A DNA stretch of 64,000 nt, from assembly GCA_963726455.1 (NCBI GenBank), contig CAVSCK010000004.1, positions 992,001 to 1,056,000 on the forward strand, in the 5' to 3' direction. How positions within the stretch are numbered: the first letter of the stretch is position 1; each line of letters begins with the position of its first letter. The notes under the pieces were generated by a model. The model saw only the letters and a program-made list of their open reading frames with translations. It was not told where the DNA came from and searched no databases. Below, piece by piece: positions 1-9,761 of the stretch. The translations under genes and the position numbers were made by a program. The stretch is from an uncultured bacterium. GTDB lineage: Bacteria; Zixibacteria; MSB-5A5; CAIYYT01.

Positions 1-1555
1 TGCATCAATCCAACCGTCCGGGCCGGAATCCAGCGCCGCCCACGAGCTGCCATTCCATTTCGCAATTCGATTTGCGTCGCCGCCTCCTGCCGTCGTGAAA
101 CCACCGCCGACGATCAGGCAGCTATCGTACACCGTCATCGCGTTGATATCGTTATTTACGCCGCTACCCACCGGGGACCATGACACGCCGTCCCAAGCCG
201 CAATACGACTTGCCGCTGCGCCGTCCGCCTGCGTGAAAGCGCCGCCTGCGTATAACTTTCCGTCATATTCCGTCATCGCCCAAACTTTGTCGTTAAACCC
301 CGCGCCTAGCGCTGTCCACGCCGCGCCGTCCCAGGCAGCCACATGATTGGCGGCTTGACCACCCATCACGCGGAAAACTCCGGCCGCAATCAGTTTGCCA
401 CCATATTCCGCAAAACAATAGACCGGACCGTTCGCACCCAATCCCATCGCCGACCATGTGCTTCCCGTCCATGATCCGATATTCGCAACCGGTAATCCTC
501 CGGCCTCCGTGAGCCATCCGCCGGCTACCAGGTTCCCGCCAAAATCTGCCAAGGCCGCCACACCCCCTTTCGACACCGTACCGACTGCTTGCCACTGCAA
601 TCCATCCCACGTCAAAACGCAGTTTGGTGATTCGGCGCCTTCCGTCACGTCGCGTCCACCGGCTATCAATTGGCCATCATGAACTCTGAGCGCATATACC
701 GCTGTGAAAGCGCCGATCGTAATTCCGGGGCCAATCGCCGACCACGAACTTCCGTTCCAACTGGCGACGCATTTTGCCGTCAGATCGTTCGCCTTGGAAA
801 ACATTCCGCCCGCAATCAATCGCCCCTGATATGTCGTCAATGCCGCCACCGTGTTATTCATTCCCGTTCCCAACGCCGACCATGTGCTGCCGTTCCACGA
901 CGCAATTCGGTTCACTACAGTCGTTCCGGCTTGCAGGAAATTTCCGCCCGCAATCAGGCAGGTATCAAACGCTGTCACCGAATAAACCCGATCCGTAAGA
1001 CCCGAACCGACTGCCGACCACATGGCGCCATCCCAGGCGGCGATATGCAACGTCACGGAATCGCCCGCCGTCGTGAAGTCTCCTCCCGCAATCAGCTTGC
1101 CGCGATAAACCATGAGCGCCCGCACCGAACCGTTCATACCTGTGCCCAGAGTCGACCACGATGCTCCGTCCCACGCCGCGATATAATTCGAGGTCAATCC
1201 TCCGGCAGTCGTGAATTCGCCGCTGACTATCAGCTTGCTGTCAAACGTTGTTACTGCAAACACTCTGCCGTTCGTTCCGGCATTCGAGCGAATCCCATAC
1301 CGAACCGTTCCACGACGCGATATTGCGCGCTTGCACGCTTCCGGCAACTTTGAAATCACCGCCGGCGATTAACTCCACACCGTAATTACCAAGTGCCAGC
1401 ACCGGACCGTCAATGCCCTGAACGTTAAACCCCGACTGCCAATATTGATCATCCGGATTCGGAATGGCCTGCGCGGGATATGTCTGCGATACAACCAGAG
1501 CGCAAATAAGGGTCAGCCAGGTCCGCGCCGTCGATACGAGCTTCATTGTTCGCAT
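1..1555 (-). CDS. Secreted beta-propeller repeat protein (WDG/WNGxxW repeats); 3' end outside window; one apparent frameshift at ~1285
   Basis: Signal peptide MRTMKLVSTARTWLTLICALVV. After removing one base near 1285 the frame reads NAGTNGRVFAVTTFDSKLIVSGEFTTAGG... with repeated LIAGGxF...IAAWDGxxW units continuing toward the window edge. Confidence 0.75.
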
Positions 1556-1665
1556 AACTAATCCTTTAGTTGCGAGTTTGTTGCGTTTGCGACAAGATGC
1601 ATTCTGCATTCCTCTGATCACAACCACAATCACTTTCTATTCCATCCGCATCCGGATTCATCAAA

Positions 1666-2724
1666 TTACCATTTCAACCAGTAGCTCGTGCTATCCGGCA
1701 CGGCCACCTGCTTGCGTAATATCGTTCCCGATGAATAGTAAAACGTGAAATCATATTTCGTATCATCGGGCTGCAAATCACTGCTGGGAATCAGATCGAG
1801 AAACCAGTAGCCGGACGAATCCGTTGCTGTCGACACCGCGTAGGGCGACACTACTGCGCCTCCTGCCTGAAGGGGCGACTTGCCGATCCGTGCCGTCACG
1901 ACGACGCTTTCCAGTCCGCCGGCTCCCAACGTGTGCACATATCCATAGACGCGGCAGAGCGCCATATTGCTCGATTGTCCCGGCTCAAATCTACTCGCCC
2001 AGATCGTGTCACATCCTCCCGACGCCGCAACTGTGACTGGCTTGGGCAAGGTTCCGAAATCGTATCCAGTTAGATACGGCAGCACATGATACTCCGCTGC
2101 ATCCAGCGACAACAGCAATCGTCCATCGCTATTCGTTTCGCCGATGGCAGCAGTTGCCGACTCCTGCGAATTAAGCGCCCGCATAAACACTCCTTGCACC
2201 GCCGATTGTGTGGTCGACTCGAACGCGTAGAGAGTGCAGGCGTAGGCGCCCGTTCCCGTCCCAGTCAATCGTTGTGCCAATATACCCAACGTGTCCTTGA
2301 TCGAATCACTATCGACCGCCAACTTCGCCAGGTAGTCCCCCACTTCATCATCGATCACTTGATATCCGCCGACGGCTGCGCCTCGCCAGTCACCACCGAT
2401 CTTGACACGCACGTATACCCGATAATTCCCCAAAGTGGCCGAGGAATTCGCGCCGCGATAATGAATGTCATACCAGCCCTCGCGCACTCGGTAGAAATTC
2501 GATGCTGTCTGTGTCAGCGAGTCGACGAGGCCGTTTTCCGGGCTGTAACGCAACACAATTATACTATCGGCATCGGCGACACGTGGATAGAGCGTCGTAT
2601 CGAACGTGCAGAAAGTAACTACTACCGAATCACTTGCGCCGTTGCCGACGAATGGCGGCGTGACCCAAATTCCGGCACACGCTGTTCCAACAAGAAACAA
2701 CACCAGTACTAATATTGTCCTCAT
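1666..2724 (-). CDS. Secreted hypothetical protein with carboxypeptidase-regulatory/Ig-like domains; C-terminal domain resembles phage fibre anchor domains
   Basis: 352-aa ORF, RBS GGAG, signal peptide MRTILVLVLFLVGTACA; motifs GETNSDGR and TATDSSGYWFLDLIPSSDLQP. Confidence 0.7.
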   Translation of the reverse strand: MRTILVLVLFLVGTACAGIWVTPPFVGNGASDSVVVTFCTFDTTLYPRVADADSIIVLRYSPENGLVDSLTQTASNFYRVREGWYDIHYRGANSSATLGNYRVYVRVKIGGDWRGAAVGGYQVIDDEVGDYLAKLAVDSDSIKDTLGILAQRLTGTGTGAYACTLYAFESTTQSAVQGVFMRALNSQESATAAIGETNSDGRLLLSLDAAEYHVLPYLTGYDFGTLPKPVTVAASGGCDTIWASRFEPGQSSNMALCRVYGYVHTLGAGGLESVVVTARIGKSPLQAGGAVVSPYAVSTATDSSGYWFLDLIPSSDLQPDDTKYDFTFYYSSGTILRKQVAVPDSTSYWLKW

Positions 2725-2725
2725 T

Positions 2726-4225
2726 TTAGTCTCCTATCAGTCCCGAGCCGACAATCTCAAATCTCCGGCGCTGGGAATTCTGTCCAAAGCTTTCAAGTCT
2801 GACTGTCACGACCGGCCGATTGTTGATGACGCCATCGTCGGCTGCGTAGTAAATGATTTCCGCGTCATTGATTGCGCCTGCTTGATTGTTCCAGAAGTTA
2901 TGCCAGACCCAGCCATGATTCATCGTGGTGTCGATCAGCATGCGCTGTGCATACACCGGCGGGATTGTCCAGGTAATCACGCTTCCCGCTGCCGTGTTGC
3001 TGCGGCTCTGGTGTAACGAATCCAGCACCGTATCAACCACGTCACTGTTTATGCCCAATGCGCCGCCTTGATTCCAGGCGTAGCCAAGCCCGTCTTGTTT
3101 GTAGCGATATGTCCAGCAAACATAGTCAGTGTTTGTCTGCCCCGTGGCGCGTCCGCATTGCCAGAACTGCTTCAGCAACCTGATGCCGTTGGTTGATTCC
3201 CACAGCGAGTCATTCAGGTCCTTTGCGACTTGCTTGACCCTGGTTCGAATCCCAAACTGCTCCACCACGGGTGACGGCTGCCACAGCTTGCGTGACATCG
3301 CGTCATTCTTGATCTTCATTACGCTTACTTTCGCATCATAATCCCAGCCGGTATAGAGATCAGGCCAGGCGCCGTAGCTTTCGAGCGAATCGGCTCCGGA
3401 CGAGTTCTCGAAAAATGCATCTTCGATTTCCAGCCAGCCGGTGAAACAAGCGTTGTGCTCAATGAAGTAGTTACCGGTATCGCGCGCCGCCCACGCCACC
3501 GTGCGGTTGAAGATTGTAAAGAACTGGCACGAATCGCGCGACGTTCCCGTTACCGAAAACAATCCGAGAAACGCGCGCCGTCCTCTGGCGACATTGTTGC
3601 CGTCGCCGGTATTGATGATCGTTTCACCCGAATCGGCAACCGCCAGATGCACGAACGCGGTGTCGCCGGCATTATCTTTGTCGATGATCAGCGGCGTGAT
3701 ATCGTGGCAGGTATCGGGAAACGCCAGTCCGTAGATTCCAATGGAAGTCGAGGTCCACAACAGCACCGTGTCCTGCAAGACGCGCGTAATCCAGTGATTC
3801 CGATTTATCGCGCGGACATAACCCGCATTCTCCAGCGTCCTGCCGTTGGTGCCGTCGGAATTGACACCGAGATTGATCTCGTTCCAATTCTCCGACAACA
3901 GACTGACAAAACCGACGCGCGATCTCGCGATCGTGTCCGCGTTGGCCGATGGCGCCGGAATGGCGACCTCGTTGCCGCACCAGACCACAACGTCGAATGC
4001 CGTATCGAAATAGGCCGCAGTGCGCTGCGCCACCGAATCGGGCGTCAGCCAGCGCACGCTGTATTCGAGGTCGCTGCACAGCGCATTGTACAGCAACGTG
4101 TCGATTCCCTTGTTGGCAATGTTGGCGACGACCAGCCCGGCACGTTTGCCGACGGCGTTTGCGTCGACCGCAGTCGCCAGTATCACGGCGAGTGCTATTC
4201 CGAATCCGACGATGACTCTTCTGAT
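2726..4225 (-). CDS. Secreted hypothetical protein, C-terminal DNRLRE-like domain; probable non-canonical ATC start (first GTG at 4186)
   Basis: 486-aa ORF from GTG 4186; in-frame upstream IRRVIVGFGIALA completes a signal peptide and follows SD AAGGAGG; C-terminal ...NHGWVW...YYAADD...NRPVVTV. Confidence 0.7.
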   Translation of the reverse strand: MRRVIVGFGIALAVILATAVDANAVGKRAGLVVANIANKGIDTLLYNALCSDLEYSVRWLTPDSVAQRTAAYFDTAFDVVVWCGNEVAIPAPSANADTIARSRVGFVSLLSENWNEINLGVNSDGTNGRTLENAGYVRAINRNHWITRVLQDTVLLWTSTSIGIYGLAFPDTCHDITPLIIDKDNAGDTAFVHLAVADSGETIINTGDGNNVARGRRAFLGLFSVTGTSRDSCQFFTIFNRTVAWAARDTGNYFIEHNACFTGWLEIEDAFFENSSGADSLESYGAWPDLYTGWDYDAKVSVMKIKNDAMSRKLWQPSPVVEQFGIRTRVKQVAKDLNDSLWESTNGIRLLKQFWQCGRATGQTNTDYVCWTYRYKQDGLGYAWNQGGALGINSDVVDTVLDSLHQSRSNTAAGSVITWTIPPVYAQRMLIDTTMNHGWVWHNFWNNQAGAINDAEIIYYAADDGVINNRPVVTVRLESFGQNSQRRRFEIVGSGLIGD

Positions 4226-4464
4226 GATGACTCCTCCTTTGATGACAGCTCTTCGTTGCGCAGTTGATTGATCAACTCCCAGATTTTCTGGCGTTCTTCC
4301 TCCGGCAGCCGCAACTTCATTTTCAGTTCCAGCGCCTTCAAAAGGTCACCGACCCGGGGATTGATTTCCTTGCTGCGCAGTTCCTCAATGATCTTGTCCT
4401 GAATTTCCTCCAGAACTTCCAGATCACTCTTGCGTATCTTCGCGGTGTTGTCGCTTTCGGTCAC
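4195..4464 (-). CDS. Small helical protein, possible small-terminase-like
   Basis: 89 aa, RBS GGAGG, amphipathic helices with VGDLLKALELKMKL; in the capsid operon. Confidence 0.65.
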   Translation of the reverse strand: MTESDNTAKIRKSDLEVLEEIQDKIIEELRSKEINPRVGDLLKALELKMKLRLPEEERQKIWELINQLRNEELSSKEESSSEESSSDSE

Positions 4465-4465
4465 T

Positions 4466-4621
4466 CTATTGCGCCTCCAATGATGCTTCCAGCAACTCGC
4501 ACGCCGTCTTCCTGAATCGTTTGCAGCAGACCGGGCAGCGGCGAATCACGCCCTGGCTGTTGGCGAAAAACAGCGCGCCGCAATGCGGGCAGAGCACGCC
4601 GTGTAATGGTTCATTCATCAT
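4466..4621 (-). CDS. 51-aa zinc-ribbon protein (not in ORF track)
   Basis: MMNEPLHGVLCPHCGALFFANSQGVIRRCPVCCKRFRKTACELLEASLEAQ; two CxxC motifs; fills the gap between neighbours. Confidence 0.7.
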   Translation of the reverse strand: MMNEPLHGVLCPHCGALFFANSQGVIRRCPVCCKRFRKTACELLEASLEAQ

Positions 4622-4626
4622 GCAGT

Positions 4627-4998
4627 TCACCCCATTTCAATTATCAGCAGATCGACCGCGGCCACCTGTGTCGTCGGTGTCGCTTTGGCAAGCGCAAACG
4701 ACTTGTCGCCTTCGCTCCCCTGTACGACCACCGGAATGCCACCCTTGGCCAGCGGCAACACACGCGGGTTGGTCAGTTGCTCCGGCAGTTTGTTTCCCTT
4801 CACGTCGACCAGATTCCCGTAGTTAAGTTGCTGCACGGTTCCACCCAGGGCGACTTGAGCGTGCACGATTCGCTTGGACGCGCCCTCGGATTCAGTTACC
4901 ACGAAGTGCGGCTCAAAGGCGGAAATCGTGCCCCAGACATTCACGCCTGACACCCACCACATCTTCTTGCCGAGAAGTTGACTCAATGTGGTACTCAT
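4627..4998 (-). CDS. Hypothetical protein (possible head-completion component)
   Basis: 123-aa ORF overlapping the upstream stop, RBS GGAGG/AGGGA. Confidence 0.7.
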   Translation of the reverse strand: MSTTLSQLLGKKMWWVSGVNVWGTISAFEPHFVVTESEGASKRIVHAQVALGGTVQQLNYGNLVDVKGNKLPEQLTNPRVLPLAKGGIPVVVQGSEGDKSFALAKATPTTQVAAVDLLIIEMG

Positions 4999-5834
4999 TG
5001 TTCCCTGCCTCCTTTCACTGCCGTCGGCGTATTCAGGCCGCCGCGCGGTCCGGCGAAACGCGCCGCCAGTTGCAGTCCATCGGCGTGATATTTGTCCGCC
5101 AACTCGCGCCAGCCACGCGCAATTTCTGCCGCACCGACTCCGACCGATTCCAGCGCGGCCGCTGCTTTGCCCCGGCAGAGGAATGCCAGCGCCAGATAGG
5201 TCTCGGCCGTGATCAATGATTGATCTCCGGCGTCCTGGTAAGAAGGATCGATCAGCTTCAGCAACAAGTCGTCCGCGGCGGTGATCGCACTCGCGATCAG
5301 CGAGTCATCGGTGCCACCACTCTGAGTTTGATAATCGACGAACACACTCTGGCCATCTTCGATGACGCCGGCGTTAATGCGCCGAAGCGTTCCCTTTTCG
5401 TGATTGACGCTGTAGTCGACGCCTTCCGTGTAGACGCGATAGGCGTAATACCAGACCGCAACGGATGTATCGCTCGGAATACTGCCGGCGGTGATGCGGG
5501 CAAGTTTGCCGTCGGCGTGGTCAACATGGTAATCGACGTTCTCAGTGTAGATGGTTCCCAAGGAACTGTCGGAAGCAACTACCACGCTGTCTGGGATCAG
5601 ATCGCGATTCGCCAGAGTGACCGGCTGCGAAGTCAAAGCCAGGTTTTCGAACCGTGGCGTGCCGATCTCTTTCCCTTTCACTTTCACTGTGCCCTGCCTG
5701 AGATTGGCGTGCAGCAACGCCGACGGCGACGCCGCCAGCAATTGCACCGACACATCCGTGAAAGTGTCACGCGCCTCGCCAACCTGCGCGAGATATTGTC
5801 TGATGGTTTCGATATTCGTAAATGGCATCTTCAC
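4995..5834 (-). CDS. Head-tail connector/adaptor-like protein with two inserted virion-type beta-sandwich repeats
   Basis: N-terminal FTNIETIRQYL and C-terminal DDSLIASAITAADDLL...AETYLALAFL helices typical of gp6/gp15-type adaptors; two YTExVDYxVxHxxGxLxRI repeats between them. Confidence 0.6.
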   Translation of the reverse strand: MKMPFTNIETIRQYLAQVGEARDTFTDVSVQLLAASPSALLHANLRQGTVKVKGKEIGTPRFENLALTSQPVTLANRDLIPDSVVVASDSSLGTIYTENVDYHVDHADGKLARITAGSIPSDTSVAVWYYAYRVYTEGVDYSVNHEKGTLRRINAGVIEDGQSVFVDYQTQSGGTDDSLIASAITAADDLLLKLIDPSYQDAGDQSLITAETYLALAFLCRGKAAAALESVGVGAAEIARGWRELADKYHADGLQLAARFAGPRGGLNTPTAVKGGREQ

Positions 5835-5841
5835 ACCTCCC

Positions 5842-7266
5842 TTAGTTGTTCAGGAAATTGATTTCGGGTAACGGCGTAATCTGGCTGCCGATCGGCGCAG
5901 TTGTGAATGCGGAAGTCACGATCACCTTGATCCAGTAAGCATTGAGACCGATGATCGCCGTCTTCTGCCAGTCAGCCGGAGCGGACGCGGAATCGATCCA
6001 GAGCCGGACGCGCTGGGTGAGTTGATCGAAATGATATGCGCCTGACTGTGGTGTGAACTCCTGCCAGGTAGCGCCGTCGAAATATGCCCAGGTTACCGCG
6101 CCACCCGCGTCACCTGCCGTTGACAATATGAAATTGCAGGCAGAGAATTTGTCATCCGCGCCGAGACAGATTGCGTCCCCGACGGACTGAATCAATTTGG
6201 TAGAATCCAAGTGACGAACGTCAGCGACGGCGCTGCTGGCGGCTTCCGCAGTTAGTCCCTGATAGTCGGGGATACCGTTGGTGTCGTACAACAACACATA
6301 CTTGAAGCGCACGAATTCGCCGTTGAGATCGACTGCGGGCTCGAAGCCGACGCCGTTCTTGCGGCGATAACGCAACTCTGTCTGGCCGTCACCGAGCGAC
6401 GTTCCGAAAATCACATAGGGAGTTGCGCCATTGAACATCAGCAACGGCGCAATGACGGGATCGGCGCCGATCTCGTAGGAGGCGCTCCAGTTGGCGCCGT
6501 CGTATTCGATGTACCAGGTTTTTGCGCCTGCGTTGACGGCCACTCCGATAAGTGAACCCGATTCGGAGCAACGCGCCGAAAACGCATCCGACAGCGATGT
6601 TCCGGTGTAAATCGTGACTTCGGATTCCCAGAAGACGCCGCCGTTTGGTATGCGCCGGTATGCGAGTTTGGCGCCGCCGTCGGTGTAGATGCAATACACC
6701 CACGGTTGCAGATACACGAAGCAGCCGTAGCAGCCGCTCGAACCGACCGTCAATGCCTCGCCGGGATCGGCACTTCCGGCCCCCCAGAGTGTGCCTTCAA
6801 CGACAGAAGTCTTGGCGTGTAAGGTATAATTGCCGGTCGCAGAATCGTAACAAGTCCACGAGACCCAGAGCTTACCGGAGACGTCTTTCAGAATCGACGG
6901 AAAGTAGTTGTCCTTGTCATTGTAAATCGTGGCTTCCGCGCCGACGGTCCACACTCCTGCCGAAAACGATAGCTTGCGGAATAACAGGTCGAGCGTGGTC
7001 TCCGCTGTGAATGCGATATAGACGTTGCCGTCTGAGTCCATAGTTGCAGCGACAGGATAGTCGGCGGCGTTGGTGGCGATGGTCTGCGGAGTCGACCAGT
7101 CGGCATACGGCGGATCGGCACAGCTGAATTTGATCGTAGAGGGCGAGGCGGAATAGACAACGATCTGCCTGCCGGAATAGACGCCGGACGTGATCGTAAA
7201 CAACTTGCCGGTCGGTGTGTTACCCGCGCCGTAGAAGGCGGTCGATGTATCAATCAGATTTTGCAT
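5842..7266 (-). CDS. Beta-propeller (BNR-like) protein plus C-terminal beta-sandwich; putative virion surface protein
   Basis: ATG 7266 after GAGGA; blade-like motifs (ATMDSDGNVYIAF, PSILKDVSGKLWVSW); no signal peptide; directly after the capsid gene. Confidence 0.65.
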   Translation of the reverse strand: MQNLIDTSTAFYGAGNTPTGKLFTITSGVYSGRQIVVYSASPSTIKFSCADPPYADWSTPQTIATNAADYPVAATMDSDGNVYIAFTAETTLDLLFRKLSFSAGVWTVGAEATIYNDKDNYFPSILKDVSGKLWVSWTCYDSATGNYTLHAKTSVVEGTLWGAGSADPGEALTVGSSGCYGCFVYLQPWVYCIYTDGGAKLAYRRIPNGGVFWESEVTIYTGTSLSDAFSARCSESGSLIGVAVNAGAKTWYIEYDGANWSASYEIGADPVIAPLLMFNGATPYVIFGTSLGDGQTELRYRRKNGVGFEPAVDLNGEFVRFKYVLLYDTNGIPDYQGLTAEAASSAVADVRHLDSTKLIQSVGDAICLGADDKFSACNFILSTAGDAGGAVTWAYFDGATWQEFTPQSGAYHFDQLTQRVRLWIDSASAPADWQKTAIIGLNAYWIKVIVTSAFTTAPIGSQITPLPEINFLNN

Positions 7267-7320
7267 GGTTTCCTCTTCAGCGCAGGCCGCCACGATTGCG
7301 CGCGGCGGCCTGCAACAGCG

Positions 7321-8442
7321 TTAGAACGTATCGTCCAGCACCAGCGATGCTTCGTTGATAACTTTGGCGTACGCCACGGACTCGGAGATGACTGCTTCCT
7401 CGAATTTCTGTTCGATGATGCGGTCATATTCCACCACCAGCGGCTGACTGATGACTTCCTCAACCGCGAAGCGTGAATCCATGCCGACGATCAGGTCGGA
7501 CGGAATTTCGTCGCAACGCACCAGCTTGGCGCCCAGCGGCGAGCCCAGTTCGCCCGTCGACTGGAACTTGAATCCGGCGAGCGGATCCTTGAATTCAGTG
7601 AGCGTGAGAATCTGCCGCATCTTGCTCTTGTGGCAGAGAAGCGTGTTCATCTCGAACGGCGCAAACTCCGCCCAGAATTTGACCAGGTCGTCATAGTCGA
7701 AGGAGCCGGAAACATCGGTGTTGAACATCGCGGCGGCATTGTCGTTGCCGTCGCCGTTCTGCACGACGTCAGCCAGCAATGCCACCTTGTCCGACTGCAA
7801 CCGGAAGCCGAGGTACCAGAGCAGCACTTTGAATTGAGCCAGTGTGCGATGCCGCAGCGTGCGATACGACACCTTCAGCGCGATGCCGTATTCCGGCACG
7901 GTCACGGTCTTCTTCTGTTCGTTGACGACGAACTGCGGAATTTCAGCGCCCTCGGATATCGGTCGCAACGACAACCGGCTGTCGCCGGGGGTGATGTTGA
8001 GATAGAGCGGCGAATAGCGATTGGAGCCGATCACCGTCTGCGCGGCGGTGAGTTGATTGTATACTGGGCGCATCGCCATCCCTTTGCGGACCTCGCGCAT
8101 CACGAACTCCGGCAAGAGCGACGCGGCGGCGCGATAGAATGCTTCGACGGTGTCGGGAGTTCTGCCGTTGACGCGAATGCCGTGCACCGCGAGTTGTCTT
8201 TCGAAGGCATCGAGCGGCGCGCCAACCGGCGAGGGATCGTAGTCATCGCCTTCCAGCAGTTCGGTCAAGCTCAAGCCCCTGGCTTGCGCTTCGAGATAAG
8301 TGTCGCGCGTGATGTTGATCTTGCCGGCGCGGCTTAAATCGACGTTCGCCAGCCGCGTATCTTTGCCGGCAAATGCATCAAGATCAGGCGCCGTGAGATT
8401 CCAGAAGTTGTCCGGTATTTGTTTCAGGTTTTCTAATTCCAT
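7321..8442 (-). CDS. Major capsid protein (HK97 fold)
   Basis: 373 aa from ATG 8442 (RBS AAGGAG); motifs DAFERQL, LLPEF, ISEGAEIP, VVQNGDGN; canonical position after protease, scaffold and decoration genes. Confidence 0.85.
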   Translation of the reverse strand: MELENLKQIPDNFWNLTAPDLDAFAGKDTRLANVDLSRAGKINITRDTYLEAQARGLSLTELLEGDDYDPSPVGAPLDAFERQLAVHGIRVNGRTPDTVEAFYRAAASLLPEFVMREVRKGMAMRPVYNQLTAAQTVIGSNRYSPLYLNITPGDSRLSLRPISEGAEIPQFVVNEQKKTVTVPEYGIALKVSYRTLRHRTLAQFKVLLWYLGFRLQSDKVALLADVVQNGDGNDNAAAMFNTDVSGSFDYDDLVKFWAEFAPFEMNTLLCHKSKMRQILTLTEFKDPLAGFKFQSTGELGSPLGAKLVRCDEIPSDLIVGMDSRFAVEEVISQPLVVEYDRIIEQKFEEAVISESVAYAKVINEASLVLDDTF

Positions 8443-8524
8443 TCCTTCTCCTTTGCGGCCAGTCACGTTGACAGGCCATAGTTGATCGATTGCCAGGTAA
8501 TTGCTGCTCCCCTTGTGCACTGCC

Positions 8525-8947
8525 TCAATTGAGGAGCAGCGTGCAGTCGCTGGTGCCGTTAACCGACAACACCAGTCCGCGCGCGATATTGCCGCCGGCA
8601 GGATCGTTGCCGGTCAACGCTGGCGCTTGTTTGATTTTGCCGTCGGCGGCGCCGACGATGCTGTTGCCGATTACCGGATAGGTAGCTGCGATGGCGAGAG
8701 ACATCACGCCGGCTACCTGCACGGTCGCTTTGCGCTTGCCGTTGTCGGCATCAGTGAGAGTGAGCGCGATCAACTTACCGAGCACCTGTACCCCGTCGGT
8801 GGTAGCTTTGACCCGGTTGCCGGTACTCAGTTGAACGGCTTTGCCGATGTCAGCGTTCTTGAGGTCGTCGCTGCCGGCGGTTTGAGCGATGTCGAAGGTC
8901 AGATATAGCGCGCCGGTGGTTTCCAGATTTTGTTCACGTACTGCCAT
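8525..8947 (-). CDS. Head decoration/capsid cement protein
   Basis: 140 aa with DIGKAVQL...ATVQVAG...AADGKIK; immediately upstream of the capsid gene. Confidence 0.7.
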   Translation of the reverse strand: MAVREQNLETTGALYLTFDIAQTAGSDDLKNADIGKAVQLSTGNRVKATTDGVQVLGKLIALTLTDADNGKRKATVQVAGVMSLAIAATYPVIGNSIVGAADGKIKQAPALTGNDPAGGNIARGLVLSVNGTSDCTLLLN

Positions 8948-9000
8948 TGTGATCCTTTCCAGTCAGTTTGGTTCGCGTCGGTTTGTCGGCGAACCAATGG

Positions 9001-9396
9001 TTACACTTTGAACTCGGACGTCTTTTCTCCCCCGGCGGCCGCACCTGTCGGCTCTGTCTGCTTGCGGGAGAAGACGCGGTCGAATTCGGTTTCGATGTCC
9101 TGTTTGATTCGTTGCAGGTCGGCAAGGTCGGTCGTGTCGGCGGAGATTAAGCGTTCGACCAATGCGCTCGAACCGCCGGCGAGGCGGGCGATAGCGCGGG
9201 CTTTGCTGCAGAGCTCGTCTTTGAACAGTTGCACGAGGCGGTCGGCGATTGCCGCGCGCGCCTGCAGTGCCTGCAGAACCGTGACGGCGTTCTCAAGCTC
9301 AACGGCGAGTTGCTCGAAATCGATGTCGGCAAGTTGCGCCTGCTTGAGGCGTCCGGCGGTTTGCATGAGTGATTCAAACAGTTTGGTGAATTCCAT
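9001..9396 (-). CDS. Coiled-coil scaffold-like protein
   Basis: ATG 9396 after GAGGAGG; helical, low-complexity C-tail ending SEFKV; between protease and decoration genes. Confidence 0.6.
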   Translation of the reverse strand: MEFTKLFESLMQTAGRLKQAQLADIDFEQLAVELENAVTVLQALQARAAIADRLVQLFKDELCSKARAIARLAGGSSALVERLISADTTDLADLQRIKQDIETEFDRVFSRKQTEPTGAAAGGEKTSEFKV

Positions 9397-9437
9397 GATA
9401 TCCTCCTCTGAAGTTTCGTTGATAGAGATTGCGAGTG

Positions 9438-9761
9438 TCAACGTTCGTCACCGGGTAGCATTTGCAATTTGGCTTCAATGATGAGCAGTTGACGATGCAG
9501 GTCGTCGCGGACCTGTTGCAGTTCGGCTTTGGTGGCCATGCGTTCGGTCAGAATGGTTTCGATGCGCACCAGGCGGCTGTCGATAGTGGTCACCATGGCG
9601 GAGTCGGCCTTGGCGGCGATCTCCGATTTGAGGCCGTAGATGGTGGCGTGATAGGCGGTGACAATTCCCGCCACCGTCACGATCAGACCCAGCAGAAATC
9701 GCAACAGGTTTTCTTTGCGGAACAGCTCCGGCCTGTGGCTCGAATTAGACAGTCTGTTCAT
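9438..9761 (-). CDS. Single-TM plus coiled-coil protein (holin/XhlA-like architecture)
   Basis: 107 aa; TM LLRFLLGLIVTVAGIVTAY followed by heptad repeats. Confidence 0.6.
   Translation of the reverse strand: MNRLSNSSHRPELFRKENLLRFLLGLIVTVAGIVTAYHATIYGLKSEIAAKADSAMVTTIDSRLVRIETILTERMATKAELQQVRDDLHRQLLIIEAKLQMLPGDER

Noticed and set aside
670-1353. Long plus-strand ORFs opposite real genes (also 3455-4267, 7630-8337, and minus-strand 28983-29780)
   Set aside because: Antisense shadows of GC-rich coding sequence with no motifs or RBS.
1241-1633. Short stand-alone ORF or pseudogene
   Set aside because: It is the 5' part of a long repeat-protein gene with a single indel; the downstream frame stays open in the stretches translated.
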